A program made the position numbers and the translations under genes. The notes under the pieces are model-generated. The model saw nothing but the letters and a program-made list of their open reading frames with translations. It was not told the DNA's origin and did not search any database. A DNA stretch of 64,000 nt from Octopus sinensis (taxonomy: Eukaryota): the NCBI RefSeq assembly GCF_006345805.1, contig NC_042997.1:81716001-81780000 (forward strand), given 5' to 3'. The first letter of the stretch is position 1. Every line of letters begins with the position of its first letter. This document shows, piece by piece, positions 22,471-64,000 of this stretch.

Positions 22471-22869
22471 GATTCTATCTATATCTGATTTCAAGGGACT
22501 AATGGAGAGCCATGTAAAGTGACCAGAGTGTGCATCTATACACACACATGCACACACATATATATATTGTGTGTGTGTGTCTGTGTGTTGGTCCAAGTGT
22601 AGAATGTCTGTATTGTCCATTTTGGTACTTAGTCATCATTCCAGAAAAGTTGAGAGTTTTGTTTTAAAAGAAATTCAACTCTGTTTACAGTGGTTCTCTG
22701 TGCAGTAGCGTTAAAGTTTTACAATTTTCAGACATTCATCCACTGTTTGGGAACAGGAGAAACTAAGCTAATACACTTGTCCAAATTGAATTATTATTAA
22801 TTTTCATCTTGGTGTTTTGTCTAAATTTCTCTTCTCTCTAGAGTTTATCAAACAGCTCTGATAAATATT

Positions 22870-23025
22870 CTTTCAGTTTCCCCTCTATCAAATCCATTCA
22901 CAAGGCTTTGATTGGTCTGAAGCTAAAGTAGAAGACACCTGCCTAAGATGCCACACAGTGGGACTGAACCCAGAACCATGTGTTTGGGAAGCAAGCTTCT
23001 TCCCACACAGCCATGCCTGCACCTA
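22870..23025 (-). mobile_element. tRNA-headed SINE, 5' part (51133 family)
   Basis: GTAGAAGACACCTGCCTAAGATGCCACACAGTGGGACTGAACCCAGAACCATGTG matches the 51133-51546 copy. Confidence 0.8.
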
Positions 23026-25000
23026 AAATAATCTCGTAGCAGCCTTTCGATGCCAAAACCTGGGGGAATATATTTTTCTCTTTGTTGTCACTTCATCACT
23101 TTCCACGAAATCCAAAAATTCTTTAATGATGCTCTTCCATTAATTTGTTACTTTTCCTTTTTAACTATAGCAATTCTATGTATTTAAACTAAATCTGTTA
23201 TTTTTGTCTTTCAGCCTACCAATTACTTCCCATCATCAAATAGAAATTGAGAAAAATGAAATGATAAAGTGCTTGCACATTAATTTGCAAAAGAAACAAA
23301 CAGTTTGAATAACTACATTATAATTAAACAATGACAAATTTGTTTTAATTCATTAGATAATTAAATTTGATTATATCAGCATATATTGCTTTGTTGTTTT
23401 TCTTTTTGTTTCATATTTGTTTAATGTTACTTTAAGAGAGATTAAAAACTTATATAGCCAACAGGTTTCATATTTACAGGATAAGAAAATATGGTGTTTA
23501 TGCTTTCTTAAGAGTACTACAAAAGTGAATTTGACAATAACTGTAGCATAGGTCCATGAGTTTTAAAATGGTAAGCTTAAATTTACCTAGTTTTTAAAAA
23601 CAAGCATCAGTGCAACTATGAATGCTATTTGAGATGGGCAGTATTGTGTCCAAGAAGAGATTTATCTCACATTAGGAAACCAATACTAAATATCATTCCT
23701 TCAAAATATCAAGACAAATATTTACAGGAGCATATATAGCAGAAAGAAATAGAATGTACTTCTATTTTGTGATTGACACCTTAGGCATTTACAATATATT
23801 TTATGGATCTAAGCACTGGCTGTATTGATCATACAAATTCCTGAAAGGATAACTATAACTGTAGTCCCTTATCTTTGTGCATTAACAAAATAATCACTTA
23901 ATATCCAGAAGAAAAATTCAGACTTTTCACTAATATTCTTGAAAGAAAAAAAAATTGTTTTTCATATTAAACTGAGATATTGATTGTACTTAATGCAAGA
24001 AATCACTGGTATTTTAAACATAACTATGATATAAAACAAGATCATATTCCAAACCTGTAGGTCAAATAAGCATTCAAAGTGAGAAGACAGGTTTTTAATC
24101 AGAGGTTACACAAAAATTTATTTTTTTCCTCAATAACACTTGCTACCAAAATTATTATCAGACTCATTTATGTAAAAACATATAGTTTTGTAGTTTTGAA
24201 TTACTTTAGCATTAATATTTAGGGGGTAATGAATTCCTTAAAAAATGTTTAAAATGTGTTTTGGGGGTAATTTCATTTTTGTTATTCAGTTACACATATC
24301 ACAACTTAATAGCTTAATAAAAAAGACTGTTTTATGCAAATATTACTTGATAGAGGCACAATCACCGTTTTATTAGGATCTTAGGAGTAATGTTAATTTT
24401 TGTAAAATAGTTTACTATCTTACATAATTTGTCATTAAATCTGATAAACTCATTTTGACAAACAAATGAAGTAAAACTGTATTCTTGATATCTAGTGCTT
24501 ACTTATGATTTGCAAACAGTATTTTATTAAGTACATATCACTAACCTGTTGTTGATTAAGTATATTAATCTTCTAACAAGAGCTATAACCCCACTTGAAA
24601 TCTACTTCAATAACTTACAACAATATTGATGTTTCACTCATGAAAATAACTTAATGCCTTTGCAAAATACAGAAACATCAGAAATATCACTCCTCCTCCT
24701 CCTCCTGAGATCTTATAGCAATGTAAGAAATCATTACTTTAGTACAGTGTCTCCTCTAATGAGAGTGGAGACACTTTAAAGATTAAAAAGGAGACAAACA
24801 AAATTAAGATGGTTTAAAATTGGCAAAAATCAAACAAAAAGTTTTGTGTTTTCATAAATAAAGAGGGGAACCCAAAAATTATTCACTAATATTTCAGTGG
24901 GCCTGGTATTTGTCAATTTAAAACCCATGGTATTGATATAAAATACAGTGATATAAGAATATATTAAGTATTGGATAAGTAAACAGTGTGTATCAGTGTG

Positions 25001-60612
<35,612 letters not shown>

Positions 60613-61924
60613 CTGAAACCAGCAATATAAATTAGCCATATAGCAAAAATAATAATATCTTAGATAAGCACATTGTTCCAAATTTGTAGGGAAAGAATAT
60701 AGTCAAATAGAAAATCAGTAGATAACTTAGTTATTTTAGTGATTTTCCCAGATGCTAATCAACCCCAAGGAATTTCAAGGATTTAGAATATGAAAATTTT
60801 TTTAATGATAAAGATGGATCATAAATAATTCCTTTTCTATTAGAAGAAAATTACAAATTCCTATAAGTTCCCCAGAACCTACCTTTACTAGATAAATAAT
60901 AACACATATAAAGTACTATTAGGGATTTATTATTAGGGATTCATAACTAAACAAATCATTTAGGGATAACATGCACAAAGTCATTAATAAATTTCTGACT
61001 TAAGATCAATATTTTTACATGCTGTACATAATTACATCTAACAATGTAAGTCCCTTATACAGGCATGTACAAGAAAAAGTTAAAAAAAAAGACCAGTCTT
61101 GCAGATTTTGGAGATTACCAGTAGAGGAGGCTGAAGAGCAACCTCTGCAATTACTGAAAAATCTAATTCTCAGAATATTAGATGTCATAATGTTGAAAGC
61201 TCAAAACTCTGAAATTTAAAATATTTTAGGGTAAAATAATAAAAAAAACTATCTTCAAAGGCATATATTTGCAGTTTTGAAAGCAGTTTATTTCAGATAA
61301 GTATTATAGAATGTTATTAAAAGAGTATTGCAGGAATATGATATCAAACACACGGGCAAAAACAAATAGTTTATTTAATGATTATTTCCTTTTTAAATTC
61401 TCTCATTATTCAATATTTTCTTTTTGTTTTCATTCACTATTTCAGTACAAATATAAATATACCTAATACTGAATTTTGATTGACTGAAATTAGGCCCAAG
61501 TACTTGTTTATCTTCTTTCACCTCGCTTTTTGCTGTGTGATACTAGTTTATAAAGAGCTTTTGATCATTCAGTATGCTTGTATTGAAAGAAAACAAGGAA
61601 AATATTCAGAGATGAGAAAACTTCAAGAAAGGTTATATTCAATAAATATTTAAGTTTTCACATGTCTTTGATATTGTATCTTTGCAATAACTATAAATTT
61701 TTTAAAGTAAATTTCAAATATGTTTCTCAATATGTTATATCTTTCAAATAAGCTCCCTTTTAAAACCCTACATAAATGTTTTTTAAGATCACTTTTCTTC
61801 TTTTTTTTCCCTAAAATATAATCTAGATTTTAAGCTTTCAATATTCTGATTTTTTTAGTCATTTGAAATTCCATCTTCTTGCATTTGACTTTCTTCTGTT
61901 CAAAATTATGATCAGCTTCCCCTC

Positions 61925-62110
61925 AGGTATGGTGTGTGGTAAGACATTGCTACCCAACCACAGGGTTCCAGTTTCAGTCCCACTGTGTGGAACCTTGAAC
62001 AAGTATCTTCTACTATAGCTTCAGGCTGACCAAAGCATTGTGAGTGGATTTGGCAAGCAGAAATAGAAAGAAGCCTATCTCATTTGTGTGTGTGCATGTG
62101 CGCATGCATG
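61925..62110 (+). mobile_element. tRNA-headed SINE, 5' part (51133 family)
   Basis: GGTGTGTGGTAAG...GTTTCAGTCCCACTGTGTGGAACCTTGAACAAGTATCTTCTACTATAGC. Confidence 0.85.
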
Positions 62111-62419
62111 TGTGTGTGTGTAATATATATATATATTATATATATATATATATTATATATATATATATATATATAAATTAAAGATAAAACCACTATTAGG
62201 CAAATCAAACAGTGAAAAACATAAAAATAAATATTATTAATATAATATACAAAATATATAAAAATATAAAATTTAAAATTAAATTATTTAAATTTCAAAT
62301 TTTTAATTTATATTCATAAATTTTAATATTTTTAAATATTTTTTAAATTTTAAATTTATAAATTTTTAAACTTTTAATTTTTTAATATTTATATTTATTT
62401 ATTTATTACATTTATATAT

Positions 62420-63190
62420 ATATATATATATAACTATCAAAAAGGTATTAAAAAGTTTAATATAATATAATGACCATAACCCAATTCGAATTACAATAAT
62501 TTAAATTCAATTAAAAATTCGAATTATAATCATAGTCAATCTTCAGGTTAATGATAATAGTTAAATAAATAAGCAAATATATTTAAACAAAATTTATTAA
62601 GAAATAAATAAAATAATAATTTTTCTTATAAAAAACTCTATCATCAAATTAGAAACTAACGATTAGGATTATGTCATACAATCCAATTATAATGTTAAAT
62701 ATTAATTTTTAAGGTAAAAATTGGCTAGAAAATCGTTTATTAGATACAATAATAAATTATGGGCTAGGAAGGACACTAGGGACTATTTTGATATACCTAT
62801 GGGGGCACCCGATTCTGCACAAGCTACGGATTTGGTAGGTATTTATCTATTATCTGAACTTCAATAAGAAAATTTAAAACTAGAGAGTGGTTTATATAGG
62901 GATGACCTTTTATTAATTACTAAGAATTGCACTAATAGGAACCTAGAATTATATAAGAAAAACTTTATAGTTTATTTAAAAGATATGGTTTAAGTATCTC
63001 TTATTATAAAAGGCAGATTTTATCTGCCTCCCTTTTCTCTTATAGAAATCTACAATATAGGATTTCTTCAATTACAATTTACCTAGCATTTTTAAGAGTA
63101 GAATAAATCGGGTCATGCCTGGTCCAGTTTTTAAAATTTCAACCCCAATTAAGCAAAATTTAGAGAAATTTTGTGGTGTGTTAGTCAAGT
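62420..63190 (+). mobile_element. Penelope-like RT relic
   Basis: 62781 reads DYFDIPMGAPDSAQATDLVGIYLLSEL and 62889 reads GLYRDDLL, the PLE RT motifs (MG...ELVG, GLYRDD). Confidence 0.75.
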
Positions 63191-63329
63191 GCTTTTCTTA
63201 GTGTGGGCTATAGCACATGCACACACACACACACACAAAAAAAGGGAGCGATCTGATTCACTCACGCTATCACTCTAATTTCTACGACTTTCTCTTTGCA
63301 AGTTTGCAACGATTAAAGTGAAAACAGTG

Positions 63330-63974
63330 AATCCGACAGCGCTAAAGAAAATGAATTGGCACCTGAATGGAGTGAAAATTTAAAAGCTGTTTCTTTCGGT
63401 GATTTTTCTGAAGAAACTGGACCAAGCCACAGACTTTCCCAGAAGAGTAAAGCCTTAAACTATTTCTTTTTACTTTTTCGAATGAGCCCATTTGAAATCA
63501 TTACGGCGGAAACGAACTGTTACGCTAAACGTAAACAAAGCGAAAGAAAGGATAGTTTGTTATTTCCCACAACCTTAAATGAAATTAAGGCCTATTTTGC
63601 CATAAATATTATTATGGGTATCAGAAAGTTACCCAGAATAACAAATTCTATCGTAAAATTTTGTTGTATACCCAATTGAATATTAGCTAATAACCCATTT
63701 TCTATAGCGATGTTTCAACAAAATTTTAATAATTTTATATTTTGTTGAATTTACCTGTATCTACCTGCAATTAGAGTCACTTTGTAACAAAAATTATAGT
63801 ATAGAATTGGTTGAGAACATTTCATTAAATTATCTTCCAAAATTCATGTTAATATATTGATAAATAAAAAAGTTATAGTTGTTTAATGAAACCAGACTAA
63901 ATTTATGATTATGTTAGAAATTAATTGAAACACATAAGGGGTGTATTTTGGTCAGAAATATAGTAACGAAAGGG
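63330..63974 (+). mobile_element. piggyBac element fragment: transposase N-terminal part and right end
   Basis: ORF 63356..63679 contains FSEETGP...YFFLLF...ITAETNCYA...TTLNEIKAYFAINIIMGIRKLP (PGBD-like). Right terminus AACGAAAGGG|TTAA at 63965-63978; left terminus not seen. Confidence 0.82.
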
Positions 63975-64000
63975 TTAAGAAAAACCAAAAAATATTTTAT

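Noticed and set aside
60883-60907. Possible ANKRD42 first exon (ATG TGT TAT TAT TTA TCT AGT AAA G|GTAGGT, phase 1)
   Set aside because: Phase fits, but it lies in AT-rich sequence with no promoter context or homology; exon 1 may lie outside the window.
62110-62420. Extremely AT-rich quasi-palindromic tract
   Set aside because: Low-complexity sequence next to (TA)n and a Penelope relic; the symmetry is expected from composition.

Overview
AT-rich, repeat-dense animal genomic DNA. The SINE families and microsatellite spectrum suggest a coleoid cephalopod, probably Octopus (inference from recalled repeat families, not a search). Two convergent spliced genes were assembled by hand. (1) + strand: a small secreted Cys-rich protein gene with CRE and TATA upstream, a signal-peptide exon (840-900) and two paralogous pacifastin/VWC-like 6-Cys domain exons (9257-9397, 17212-17333); its last exon is uncertain. 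(2) - strand: an ANKRD42 orthologue with 11 phase-compatible coding exons from 60612 to the stop at 25001 (about 495 codons); exon 1 was not found. Introns are filled with transposons: RTE, CR1/L2, Tx1/L1 and Penelope-like retroelements; two related Ty3/Gypsy elements plus other LTR relics; hAT, Helitron, Tc1, mariner and piggyBac DNA elements; and many SINEs. Most interesting: the two-domain inhibitor-like gene, a Gypsy element with a non-canonical primer-binding site, Tx1 LINEs embedded in a (GATA)n array, a hAT relic with long inverted ends and an intron holding a Helitron, and a ~290-bp intronic foldback. No rRNA, intact tRNA gene or CRISPR array was seen.
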